64,000 nt of DNA from Methylobacterium sp. (GCA_020253445.1 JADCBP010000008.1:75787-139786); one strand, 5' to 3'. Counted from the first letter of the stretch, positions 19,626 through 28,742 are shown. Numbers and translations: made by a program. Notes: generated from the sequence alone by a model not told the origin.

Positions 19626-21722
19626 CTATCCTGAAAACAGCAGGTCCTGGGTCATCTCCGGAACCGCCGAGAGGGATTTCAGGGCCTCCTTCAGCGCTTC
19701 CCGCTGCTCCGGGCCGAGGCTCGAGACCTCGACTCGGCTCGAAGGCGGCTGCCCCTTCCCGATATCCGCGAGTTGCTGGTCGAGAATGCATTCCATCAGC
19801 ACGGCCTGCGCACGCTGCATCGCGGAAAGATCGCTATCCGCGCCGATCTTTCCCGCGCGCAGGGCCGCGAGCCGCTCCGCCGTGTTGCGGGCCGGAATGC
19901 CATGGCTCAGCGCGAGGCAGCGCGCCGAAGCGACGATGGGGAACAGCCCGCCCTTCTTGAGATCGACCCGGCCGTCCTCCTCCGTGCGGAAACGGCCGAA
20001 CAGGCCCAGGGGCGGCGACCAATGGCCGAGCTGCTCCGCCAGCAGCTTCACCATCGCCCGCGAGCCATGGGCGCGGCTGCGCGCTTCCGAGGCCAGCGCT
20101 GCGGCAAGCCCGGCATCGCCATGGACCGCGCGGAAATCGTAGAAGATGTCGACCGCGAGGAGATCATCCGGCGTCGTGGTCTCGGTCCAGCTGCGGATGC
20201 GGTTCGACCAGGCTTCGGCATGGCCGTTCCACGCCGGGTTGCTGGCCATCACGCCGCCCTTGCAGAGCGGGATGCCGATTTCGTGAAGCAGCTCCGTCAT
20301 CGCCACGCCATGGGCGAGGAACCAGGCCTCGTTCTCCTCCATGCCCGCATGGATGGTCGCATTGTCCTGGTCGGGCACGAGCAGGCTCTCTCCGCGTCCG
20401 GCCGAGCCAAGCACGAGGATGGCATAGCGGGCCGGGGCAGGGCCCAGACCACGCGATTCCAGCCGCTTCTCGGCCTCGAGGGCGGCCCTGCGGGTCAGCG
20501 CGCCGATCTCGCGGCTGATGACGCCCGCGCAATCCGTGGCGCTCACGCCCTCCACGCGCAGCCGCGCGATCACGCCGGGCAGGCGCCCCCAGGCGCGGGC
20601 GAGATCGGCCGGCGTGTTGGCGGTGTCGATCGCATCGCCGAGCGCAAGCGCGTCGGAGGCCCGGAGGCGCAGGAGATCGCGCGCGGAAAGCGCGCCCACG
20701 AGCCGGCCCTCCTCATCCACCACGCCGAGATGGCGGATCTGCCGCCGCTCCATGCGGCCGATGGCGCGATAGATGAAGGCCTCGGCCGGCACCGTGAGGA
20801 GCGGGCGCGTCGCGATAATCGAGAGGGGTTTCGCAAGCGTGGCCGGGCCGTTGGTGCCGATCTGGCGGATGACGTCACGCTCCGTGACGATGCCCGTCTC
20901 GCCCCCCTCGAAGCCGACGAAGACCGAGGAGATGCCCTGTTTCGCCATGCGCTCTGTGGCGTCGCCGAGGGTCGCGGTCGAGGGCAGGATGACCGGCGAA
21001 AGGCTCGCAATCTCCTTCACGCGATGGCGGAAGGGGTAGGCGTCGATGCGGGCGAGCGCGCCTTCGCTCACGGTGGGGCGCACCGGCTCCACCCAGCCCG
21101 CGCGGGCATAGCCCTCCAGTGCATGGGTGAGCTGGCGGCAGGCGGCCTCGGCCTCGCCGAAGGTGCGGATGCTCTTCTCCCGCAGGGTGGGCAGCAGGGC
21201 GAGGAACAGCCGGGCGGTCAGCCTTGCATCGGCCAGCGCGTCATGCCGACCGGTCACCGCCAGGCCGAGATGGCTCGCCAGGGCATCCAGCGTGAAACCG
21301 CCGAGGCGAGGAAAACAGAATTCCGCGAGCAGGCGCGTATCGAGCACGCGGTTGGCGGGGGGAGGCAGGCCGGCAAGCTTGCCCTCCCGCGCGAGGATCG
21401 CGAGATCGAAGCCGATATTGTGGCCGATGAGCACGGCCTCCCCGGCAAAGGCCCGGAAACCGGCATAGGCCTCGGGGAAAGCGGGGGCATCGGCCACATC
21501 GGAATCGCGGAGGCCGTGGATGGCCGAGGAAGCCGGCGGGATGGGCGCGCCAGGGTTCACCTTGATCTCGAACGGCGCATCCTCATCCGGATGGCCCGCG
21601 ACGAGCCGCACCGCGCCGATCTGCAGCAGACGGGCCTGCGCCGGGTCAAGTCCGGTCGTCTCGGTATCGAAGACGACGGCATCGAGCGCAAGCAGCGGAT
21701 CATTCGTGATCAGGGCCGGCAT
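19626..21722 (-). CDS. fusion protein: DEDDh 3'-5' exonuclease + CBS pair + DUF294 nucleotidyltransferase + DUF294_C
   Basis: 698 aa. Exonuclease motifs are VVFDTETTGLD, GHNIGFDLAIL and HDALADARL. The CBS pair follows (ISSVFVG...GIVTERDVIRQI; IRHLGVVDEEGRLVGALSARDLLR), then the NTase motif LVLGSAGRGESLLVPDQDNA and a C-terminal helical domain. Confidence 0.8.
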   Translation of the reverse strand: MPALITNDPLLALDAVVFDTETTGLDPAQARLLQIGAVRLVAGHPDEDAPFEIKVNPGAPIPPASSAIHGLRDSDVADAPAFPEAYAGFRAFAGEAVLIGHNIGFDLAILAREGKLAGLPPPANRVLDTRLLAEFCFPRLGGFTLDALASHLGLAVTGRHDALADARLTARLFLALLPTLREKSIRTFGEAEAACRQLTHALEGYARAGWVEPVRPTVSEGALARIDAYPFRHRVKEIASLSPVILPSTATLGDATERMAKQGISSVFVGFEGGETGIVTERDVIRQIGTNGPATLAKPLSIIATRPLLTVPAEAFIYRAIGRMERRQIRHLGVVDEEGRLVGALSARDLLRLRASDALALGDAIDTANTPADLARAWGRLPGVIARLRVEGVSATDCAGVISREIGALTRRAALEAEKRLESRGLGPAPARYAILVLGSAGRGESLLVPDQDNATIHAGMEENEAWFLAHGVAMTELLHEIGIPLCKGGVMASNPAWNGHAEAWSNRIRSWTETTTPDDLLAVDIFYDFRAVHGDAGLAAALASEARSRAHGSRAMVKLLAEQLGHWSPPLGLFGRFRTEEDGRVDLKKGGLFPIVASARCLALSHGIPARNTAERLAALRAGKIGADSDLSAMQRAQAVLMECILDQQLADIGKGQPPSSRVEVSSLGPEQREALKEALKSLSAVPEMTQDLLFSG

Positions 21723-21821
21723 GGCCTCAGCCTCCTCCCGTTGGCAAGAACCCGGCGCTGAGGCCGGTCATGCGAAAACGGTAGCGGCAACGTGGCCGAA
21801 GCGCCATGCGCTGGCGCAAGC

Positions 21822-22178
21822 TCAGCCGTTGCCGCTCACAAGCCCCATCAGGCTTGGAAGGGTGATGAGGAAAATGGCACCGAGCCACAGGGCCATCGAA
21901 GTGGAATCGCTCTGCCGGCGTCCCGTGAGGCGCTCGAAAATCGCAACGGGAATCCCCGCGACCATCACGCTGCCCACCGCCACGATCAGCGAGGCGAGAT
22001 AGAAGGTGATGACCGGTGAGGTGATGCCGTATTCCCGGAGGATCGGCCCGAAGGGAATGGCGACGAAGCTGAAATAGGGCGAGAAATGCATCCCGTTCAG
22101 CAGCGACAGGGACGCGATACCCAGGATATAGCCATCCTGCTTCAGCAGCGCCTCGCGGCGTTCCATCTCCGACATCAC
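21822..22178 (-). CDS. small hypothetical membrane protein
   Basis: 118 aa with about 3 hydrophobic segments. Its start overlaps the YggT stop by 4 nt. I recognise no family. Confidence 0.45.
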   Translation of the reverse strand: MMSEMERREALLKQDGYILGIASLSLLNGMHFSPYFSFVAIPFGPILREYGITSPVITFYLASLIVAVGSVMVAGIPVAIFERLTGRRQSDSTSMALWLGAIFLITLPSLMGLVSGNG

Positions 22179-22480
22179 TGCGCTCCCACTTGTGGCAGAA
22201 AGCCATACATCACCGCAAGAAGCAGCCAGCAGATGCGCAGGATGATCAGCCAGAAGACGGCGAAGATCATCACGAGGCCCGGCGCCACGATGCGCGGGGT
22301 GATGGCCTGCACGGCGTGGAGAACGGGGTCCGTCACCTGGCAGAAGACGCGCCAGATCACGAGTTCGCTCTGCGGCCGGAAAACGAGCGAGAGCAGGTAT
22401 CGTCCCAGCAGCGTGTAGAGCAGGATCGAGAGCAGCATGTTCGGCCCGTTATAGAGCCAGAACGCGGCATTGGCGGACAT
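22175..22480 (-). CDS. YggT family membrane protein
   Basis: From ATG 22480: 101 aa, LLSILLYTLLGRYLLSLVF...VTDPVLHAVQAITPRI..., the YggT pattern. The longer track ORF would run into the symporter gene. Confidence 0.65.
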   Translation of the reverse strand: MSANAAFWLYNGPNMLLSILLYTLLGRYLLSLVFRPQSELVIWRVFCQVTDPVLHAVQAITPRIVAPGLVMIFAVFWLIILRICWLLLAVMYGFLPQVGAQ

Positions 22481-22553
22481 GCGCGAAACCTCGTCATCAT
22501 GCGGCAAGGGCGCCGCCTGGAGCCAGTTATGGGGTGTTGCGGGGTGAAGAAAA

Positions 22554-22587
22554 GGGGCGGGAGATCGCTCCCCCGCCCCGATTTTTT
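22554..22587. terminator. GC-rich hairpin with T6 on the + strand and T4 on the - strand
   Basis: aaaa-GGGGCGGG-agatcgctcc-CCCGCCCC-ga-tttttt, located between the symporter stop (22603) and the yggT start (22480). Confidence 0.5.
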
Positions 22588-22602
22588 GCTTCTCCGATGG
22601 CG

Positions 22603-24606
22603 TCAGTGCGCCGCCACGAGGCCGCTCTTCTCTTCCATCAGGGTCTTGCCCTTCGGACGGCGGCAATCGTCGATGAACTGCTGGAGTTCCTTCGACGGGG
22701 CCGGCGTCATCAGCGACACCACAACCATCACCAGGAAGCCGACGGGCAGGCCGAAGGCAGCCGAGGAGATGTTGTTGATGTTGAACCAGCCCACGCGGCT
22801 CTGGAGCGGATGGCTCGCGAGCACCGGGCCATCGAGCAGCGCCGGGTTCGAGAGCGCCGCCTTCATGGCATCCGCCGAGATGAGCGGAGCGCCCGTGACC
22901 GGGTTCAGGTTCGACACCATGCCGAAATACTCGACACCGACATGCGGCCAGTAGCGGGTGATGACGAGGTAGAACAAGGTCACGAAGAAGCCCGCGAGCA
23001 TGCCCGCAATCGCACCCTGCTTGGTCGTCCGCTTCCACCACACCCCGAGAACCAGGGCAGGGAAGAGGCCGCCGGCCGCGAGGCTGAATGCCCAGGCGAC
23101 CATCGCGACGATGTCCGTGGGCCGCGTCGAGGCCGTCCAGGCCGCCAGAACCGCGACCACCACCAGCAGCGCGCGGCTGATGACGAGGCGCTGCTTGGTC
23201 GGCGCGTTCGGGTTGATCATCTTGTAGTAGATGTCATGCGACAGCGCGTTGGCGAGCGCGAGCAGCAGGCCATCCGCCGTGGAGAGCGCGGCGGCGAGAC
23301 CGCCGGCGGCCACGAGGCCCGTGATCACGTAAGGCAGGCCCGCGATTTCAGGCGTCGAGATCACCACCACATCGGTGTTGATCGAGAAATCCTGAAGGCG
23401 CAGCACGCCCGCATGGCCGGCAACGGCCTTGCACGATTCAGCAACCACTGCCGCGGAGGCTGCCGCCTTGCCGCAGATGTTGATGAGGCCAAGCTTGCCC
23501 CAATTATAGACCCACATCGGCATATCCGCGAGGTTCTTGCCGATCAGGGTCGAGTAGACCTCGAGCTTGGAGAACGCCGCATAGGCCGGAGCGGTGAAGT
23601 AGAGGATGAAGATGAAGAGCAGCGACCAGGCCACGGACTGGCGGGCTTCCTTCACCGACGGGGTGGTGAAGTAGCGCATCAGGACGTGCGGGAGCGACGC
23701 CGTGCCGACCATCAGGCAGAAGATCAGCCAGAAATAGTTCGCGGGCGAATAGCGCGAGAACGGCGCGGTATGCGACGTGGCAAGCGAGTTTGCGGGCGCG
23801 AGGCCCTTCTGGACGAATTCCTGCTCGAGCGTGGCGATCTGCTGCAGCGCCTGACCATAAGTCAGCTGCGGCAGCGGGATGCCGAACTTCTTCGCCGACA
23901 TCCAGATCACGGGGATCAGGTAGGCGACGATGAGCACGATGTACTGGGCGACCTGCGTCCAGGTCACGGCCTTCATGCCACCGAGCATCGAGCAGACCAG
24001 AATACCCATCAGGCCGACGAAGCAGGCGAGTTCGAAGTTCATGTCAAGGAAGCGCTGTGCGATGAGGCCCGTGCCGAAGATCTGCGCCACCACATAGGTG
24101 AAGGAGCAGGCCAGAAGCACGAGAACGCCGCAGAGGCGCGCCGCGTTGCCGCCATAGCGCGCGGCGAGGAAGTCTGGCACCGTGTAGGCACCGAACTTGC
24201 GCAGGAACGGCGCGATCAGCACCGCCACCAGCACGTAGCCGCCGGTCCAGCCCAGAATGAAGGCGAGGCCATCATAACCCAGGAGGAAGAGCGTGCCGGC
24301 CATGCCGATGAACGAGGCGGCGGACATCCAGTCCGAGCCGGTCGCCATGCCGTTATAGAAGGCCGGAACGGTGCGGCCCGCCACGTAATATTCACCCACA
24401 TCCGACGTGCGCGAGACAATGCCGATGAAGGCGTAGACCAGGATGGTCAGGCCCATGAACATGTAGCCGAGATATCTCTGCTGCACGCCGAGCTGCTCGA
24501 GAATGCCGACCAGAATGATGAAGCCGAAGAAGCCGCCCGTATAGAGCGCGTAGATGCGGCCGAGATTGTTGAGGAAGCCACCTTTGCCTACGATCGAATC
24601 TGCCAT
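22603..24606 (-). CDS. sodium:solute symporter, large subunit (VC_2705-type SSS family)
   Basis: 667 aa with about 13-14 TM segments and SSF motifs (YYVAGRTVPAFYNGMATGSDWMSAASFIGMAG, GGMKAVTWTQVAQY). It is paired with an upstream DUF4212 gene rather than the DUF485/YjcH that accompanies E. coli ActP. Confidence 0.85.
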   Translation of the reverse strand: MADSIVGKGGFLNNLGRIYALYTGGFFGFIILVGILEQLGVQQRYLGYMFMGLTILVYAFIGIVSRTSDVGEYYVAGRTVPAFYNGMATGSDWMSAASFIGMAGTLFLLGYDGLAFILGWTGGYVLVAVLIAPFLRKFGAYTVPDFLAARYGGNAARLCGVLVLLACSFTYVVAQIFGTGLIAQRFLDMNFELACFVGLMGILVCSMLGGMKAVTWTQVAQYIVLIVAYLIPVIWMSAKKFGIPLPQLTYGQALQQIATLEQEFVQKGLAPANSLATSHTAPFSRYSPANYFWLIFCLMVGTASLPHVLMRYFTTPSVKEARQSVAWSLLFIFILYFTAPAYAAFSKLEVYSTLIGKNLADMPMWVYNWGKLGLINICGKAAASAAVVAESCKAVAGHAGVLRLQDFSINTDVVVISTPEIAGLPYVITGLVAAGGLAAALSTADGLLLALANALSHDIYYKMINPNAPTKQRLVISRALLVVVAVLAAWTASTRPTDIVAMVAWAFSLAAGGLFPALVLGVWWKRTTKQGAIAGMLAGFFVTLFYLVITRYWPHVGVEYFGMVSNLNPVTGAPLISADAMKAALSNPALLDGPVLASHPLQSRVGWFNINNISSAAFGLPVGFLVMVVVSLMTPAPSKELQQFIDDCRRPKGKTLMEEKSGLVAAH

Positions 24607-24618
24607 GGTTGCCTCCCC

Positions 24619-24876
24619 TTACTCTTCTTCGGCCACGCCGCATTCGCGGTCGATCCTGTCCTGCGCTTTCGCGAACCAGAACAGCATGATCACGAAGATG
24701 GTGATCGAGCCCTGCGCGGCCATGTAGAAGCCGAGCGGGAAGCCGAGGATCTTGATGCCGTTCAGCGGCACCACGAACATATGCACGATGAAGCCGAAGA
24801 AGACCCAAAGGGCCATCATGATCTTCATCAGGCGACTGGTCTTTTGCCAGTAGATTTCATCGGTATTGTTAGCCAT
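24619..24876 (-). CDS. DUF4212 small subunit of solute:sodium symporter
   Basis: From ATG 24876: 85 aa, YWQKTSRLMKIMMALWVFFGFIV...ILGFPLGFYMAAQGSITIFVIMLFWF, the DUF4212 pattern. It ends 12 nt before the symporter start. Confidence 0.8.
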   Translation of the reverse strand: MANNTDEIYWQKTSRLMKIMMALWVFFGFIVHMFVVPLNGIKILGFPLGFYMAAQGSITIFVIMLFWFAKAQDRIDRECGVAEEE

Positions 24877-25491
24877 TCGCTTTTTCCTCCCTTGCCGCAT
24901 TTCACAAGCGGCGTTGAACGGGGGGAACGGAGGCCCCGGTTTGATCCATCGCAATGAAGCCCGAAATGCGCCACGCAAAAGACCGATGCCCACTCTCCCA
25001 TCTGGCAAAATGGAGAAGTTCCAGCTTTCGTCATTAAGACTTTCGGCTAATACTTTTTAAACCATTGATATCGCCTGTGAAAAAAGTTTTTTTTCGGCTG
25101 ACACCCATGTGCTCCGCCATCCCGGGGCTCACGGAATCGTGATCAAGGCCCCGCAGATCACGGATCTGGCTCTTGGCGGAGGATGCGGCGGAGGGGGGCG
25201 AGCCCCTGACCTCCGCCCGACAAAACGCGCGACCCGGCGCTGATCCGGCGCCGCTCATCGCAAATCATTTGCTCCCTGACAGTTCCCTTCGCGACATCAT
25301 CGCCGATTGAAAGCCCGTCTTGAGCGATCGTCTTTCAGGGCTGGTAGCAGCGCCCTGTTGATCTTGGACTTGGGTCGGCGCATCACGCCGGTTGCCGTCG
25401 TCTGGCCGCTCTGGTGCGGATTTGCGCGGCGACGCTTGCTGCCGGGCATCGACGGTCGCTCTGAACGAAAGGGGGCCCAAGAGGTCTATAT

Positions 25492-25621
25492 TGTGGACCA
25501 ATGCAGTGGATGAATTGCTGACGGTTTTTGAGACTGCATTGCACCGGGAATTTTTTTGGCTACGATGCTCTCGTCTGCGGTTTGATCGCTCCATGATGTG
25601 GACCTTGGATGTGGACCTTGC
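25492..25621 (+). promoter_or_regulatory. candidate regulator-binding array (three TGTGGACC boxes) upstream of the TRAP operon
   Basis: TGTGGACC occurs at 25492-25499, 25597-25604 and 25610-25617. The last two sit inside a perfect 12/13 tandem ATGTGGACCTTG(G/C). This is a lower-G+C patch 120-250 bp upstream of ATG 25741. Confidence 0.35.
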
Positions 25622-25740
25622 TGTAGATCGCGGGGCCGGGGCGTTCGCCGGAACCGGGTCCGCCGGTCTTGCGGAATAGTCGGGCTTCCGGCCTCACGGG
25701 GCGGGCAACCGGCAAGGGAATGGTCTGGCAGGGTGGAAGC

Positions 25741-27606
25741 ATGACGGAATTGTCCCAGGCGGTCGCCGCGCCGGTGATCGATCAGGCGGACGCCCAAAGG
25801 CATCGCGCGCCGTTCATCTGGCCGCTTGAGGTCGTGGCGGCGGGTCTTCTGGTAGCGATCATCCTGCTTCTGCTGACCGGTGTCACCTCGCGCTATGTCT
25901 TTTCCCTCCCCATCGTCTGGATCGACGAGGCGACTTCGACATCCTTCCTGTGGCTCGCGATGCTGGGCGCGGCCCTCGCGATCGACCGGAACGAGCACCT
26001 GAGGCTCACGCTTTTCATCGGCATGTTCCCGTCGCGCCCTCGCGCTGTCGTCGAGGCCTTTGCCCTGGTTGCCGCCGCCGTCTTCCTCGCTGCGATGCTC
26101 TACCCGGCCATCGATTACACGATGGAGGAATCATACGTTTCGACGCCCGCGCTGAACATTGCGAACAGCTGGCGCGTTTCGGCCATTCCCTTCGGCATCG
26201 CGACGATGCTGCTGCTCACCTTGCGCTATGCGCTGCGCATCTGCGCCCCGCGCGATCTCTTGCTGGCTGCCCTTGCGATTGGCGCGAGCGCTGTCGTGTT
26301 CTGGTTGATGATGCCGGTGTTCAAGGGGCTCGGCTACGGCAATATCGCGGTATTTCTCGTCGGTGTGGTGGTGGTGTGCCTCGTCGCGGGTGTGCCCATC
26401 GCCTTCTGCTTCGGCCTCGGCACGCTCTGCTTTCTCACCTTCACCACCACCGTTCCGACCCTGGTGATGATCGGTCGCATGGATGAGGGAATGTCGAGCC
26501 TCATCCTGCTGTCGGTGCCGGTTTTCGTGCTGCTCGGCTGTATCCTCGACGCAACCGGGATGGGTCGGGCGATCGTCGATTTCCTTGGCTCCCTGCTCGG
26601 GCATATCCGGGCGGGGCTGTCCTATGTGCTGCTGGGTTCGCTCTTCCTCGTTTCCGGCATTTCCGGTTCCAAGGTGTCGGACATGGCGACCGTCGCCCCC
26701 GCACTTTTCCCGGAGATGAAGAGGCGCGGCTACAAGCCCAAGGAACTCATCGCGCTGCTCGCGACGGGCGCGGCCATGGCCGAGACCGTGCCGCCGAGCA
26801 TCGTGCTCATCGTGCTCGGCTCGGTGGCGGGCGTGTCCATCGCGGGCCTCTTCACCAGCGGCTTCCTGGTGGCGATGGTGCTGCTGCTGGTTCTTGCGAT
26901 CCTCGCGCGCTGGCGTGCCCGCGGCGAGTTGCTGGAAGCCGTGCAGCGCGCGCCGCTCTCGGTCATCGGCAAGACCGCGCTGGTCGCGGCACCCGCTCTG
27001 GTGCTGCCCTTCATCATCCGCAGCGCGGTGGGTGGAGGCGTGGCCACCGCGACCGAGGTTTCAACCATCGCGGTGCTCTATGCGATGGTCGTCGGCATCG
27101 TGCTTTACGGCGGGATCGGCTGGCGCACCTTCTATGGCATGCTGGTGGAAACGGCCGCACTTTCCGGCGCCATCCTGATGATCCTCGGCACTGCGCTCGC
27201 CATGGCCTGGGCGCTGACCCAGACCGGCTTTGCGAACCAGCTCGCGCTCTGGATGCAGAGCCTGCCGGGCGGCTGGATCAGCTTCATGGCCATCACGATC
27301 GTGGTTTTCGTGATTCTCGGCTGCTTCCTCGAAGGGTTGCCGGCCATCGTGCTGATGGCGCCGCTGATGTTCCCGATCGCGAAGAAGCTCGGCATCCATG
27401 ATGTGCATTACGCCATGGTGGTGGTCACCTCGATGAATATCGGGCTGATGGCACCGCCCATCGGCATCGGCTTCTATATCGCCTGCAAGATCGGCAACGT
27501 ATCACCGGATGAGGCGATGGGCGCGATCTGGCCCTACCTGCTGGCGCTGATCATCGGCCTCATCGTGATTGCGGCCGTCCCTGCCATTTCCACCGTCCTG
27601 CTCTGA
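25741..27606 (+). CDS. TRAP transporter fused small/large permease (DctQ-DctM fusion)
   Basis: 621 aa from ATG 25741. The N-terminal roughly 170 aa are DctQ-like (4 TM) and the rest is DctM-like (GIPIAF.., LSVPVFVLLG, SGSKVSDMATV..). Confidence 0.85.
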   Translation: MTELSQAVAAPVIDQADAQRHRAPFIWPLEVVAAGLLVAIILLLLTGVTSRYVFSLPIVWIDEATSTSFLWLAMLGAALAIDRNEHLRLTLFIGMFPSRPRAVVEAFALVAAAVFLAAMLYPAIDYTMEESYVSTPALNIANSWRVSAIPFGIATMLLLTLRYALRICAPRDLLLAALAIGASAVVFWLMMPVFKGLGYGNIAVFLVGVVVVCLVAGVPIAFCFGLGTLCFLTFTTTVPTLVMIGRMDEGMSSLILLSVPVFVLLGCILDATGMGRAIVDFLGSLLGHIRAGLSYVLLGSLFLVSGISGSKVSDMATVAPALFPEMKRRGYKPKELIALLATGAAMAETVPPSIVLIVLGSVAGVSIAGLFTSGFLVAMVLLLVLAILARWRARGELLEAVQRAPLSVIGKTALVAAPALVLPFIIRSAVGGGVATATEVSTIAVLYAMVVGIVLYGGIGWRTFYGMLVETAALSGAILMILGTALAMAWALTQTGFANQLALWMQSLPGGWISFMAITIVVFVILGCFLEGLPAIVLMAPLMFPIAKKLGIHDVHYAMVVVTSMNIGLMAPPIGIGFYIACKIGNVSPDEAMGAIWPYLLALIIGLIVIAAVPAISTVLL

Positions 27607-27655
27607 GGGAAGGAGCAGCACCGCGCCGCCAGATTGCCGTTTCAACCAAGAAGAC

Positions 27656-27707
27656 AAAGCTACCCCAGAAAGCTACCCCAGAAAGCTACCCCAGAAAGCT
27701 ACCCGAG
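27656..27707. repeat. 13-bp tandem repeat x4 in the DctQM-DctP intercistronic spacer
   Basis: AAAGCTACCCCAG appears three times perfectly, followed by AAAGCTACCCGAG. The array ends 2 nt before the GAGGAGGAAACC ATG of dctP. Confidence 0.95.
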
Positions 27708-27716
27708 GAGGAAACC

Positions 27717-28736
27717 ATGACCCTTTCCCGTCGCACCCTGCTTCAGGCCAGCGCCACCGGCGCCGCTCTGGGCACCTTCCATATCGGTCTTGGCAAGGCC
27801 CAGACCGCGGAATTCACCTACAAATATGCGCATAACCTGCAGGTGACCCACCCGGTCCATATCCGCGCCACCGAAGCGGCCGAGAAGATCAGGCAGGAGA
27901 CCAACGGCCGGATGGTCATCCAGATCTTCCCGGCGAGCCAGCTTGGCTCGGATACCGACATGCTGAGCCAGGTGCGCTCGGGCGGCGTCGAGTTCTTCAC
28001 GCTCTCGCCGTTGATCCTCTCGACCCTCGTGCCCAATGCATCGCTCAACGGCATCGGCTTCGCCTTCCCCAACTACGATGCCGTGTGGAAGGCGATGGAT
28101 GGTGAACTCGGCACCTATGTGCGCGGGCAGATCGGCAAGGCCAACCTCGTCGTCATGGACAAGATCTGGGATAACGGCTTCCGCCAGATGACCAGCTCCA
28201 AAGGGCCCATCAACACCCCGGATGACCTCAAGGGTTTCAAGATCCGCGTGCCGGTGAGCCCGCTCTGGACCTCGATGTTCAACGCCTTCCAGTCGGCGCC
28301 GGCCAGCATCAACTTCGCGGATGTCTACACCGCGCTGCAGACCCGGGTGGTGGACGGGCAGGAAAACCCGCTCGCAATCATCGCCACGGCCAAGCTCTTC
28401 GAGGTGCAGAAATTCTGCTCCGTGACGAACCACATGTGGGACGGCTTCTGGTTCCTCGGCAATCGCCGCGCCTGGGAGCGCCTGCCGGAGGATGTGCGGA
28501 CGGTGGTCGCACGCAATCTCAACGCCGCTGCCACCCTCCAGCGCGCCGATGTCGAAAAGCTGAACGCGACCCTGCGCACGGAACTCACCGCCAAGGGAAT
28601 GGTTTTCAATGATACCCAGGCCGGGCCCTTCCGCGAGGCCTTGCGCAAGGCCGGTTTCTACGCCGAATGGCAGAAAAAATTCGGCGACGAGGCCTGGGCC
28701 ATCCTCCATAGGGCAACGGGCGGCAATCTGGGCTGA
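27717..28736 (+). CDS. TRAP transporter substrate-binding protein (DctP family)
   Basis: Tat-like signal MTLSRRTLLQASATGAALG. DctP-family core: IQIFPASQLGSDTDMLSQVRSGGVEFF, FKIRVP, VVDGQENPL. Confidence 0.9.
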   Translation: MTLSRRTLLQASATGAALGTFHIGLGKAQTAEFTYKYAHNLQVTHPVHIRATEAAEKIRQETNGRMVIQIFPASQLGSDTDMLSQVRSGGVEFFTLSPLILSTLVPNASLNGIGFAFPNYDAVWKAMDGELGTYVRGQIGKANLVVMDKIWDNGFRQMTSSKGPINTPDDLKGFKIRVPVSPLWTSMFNAFQSAPASINFADVYTALQTRVVDGQENPLAIIATAKLFEVQKFCSVTNHMWDGFWFLGNRRAWERLPEDVRTVVARNLNAAATLQRADVEKLNATLRTELTAKGMVFNDTQAGPFREALRKAGFYAEWQKKFGDEAWAILHRATGGNLG

Positions 28737-28742
28737 GAGCGA

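Noticed and set aside
12419-19791. Long minus-strand ORFs antisense to DUF2336 and the MCP (12419-13579, 17435-18931, 18454-19791).
   Set aside because: The + strand genes carry diagnostic motifs, such as the MCP signalling hairpin. The antisense products have none and are compositionally biased.
22534-24957. An 807-aa + strand ORF.
   Set aside because: It is antisense to the symporter and DUF4212 genes. Its composition is highly charged and repetitive (HR/DE-rich) with no motif. It is a G+C artefact.
27656-27707. I asked whether the 13-bp (27656) and 15-bp (55109) arrays could be degenerate CRISPR arrays.
   Set aside because: The units are directly abutting with no spacers and are far shorter than CRISPR repeats. 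No cas genes are present.
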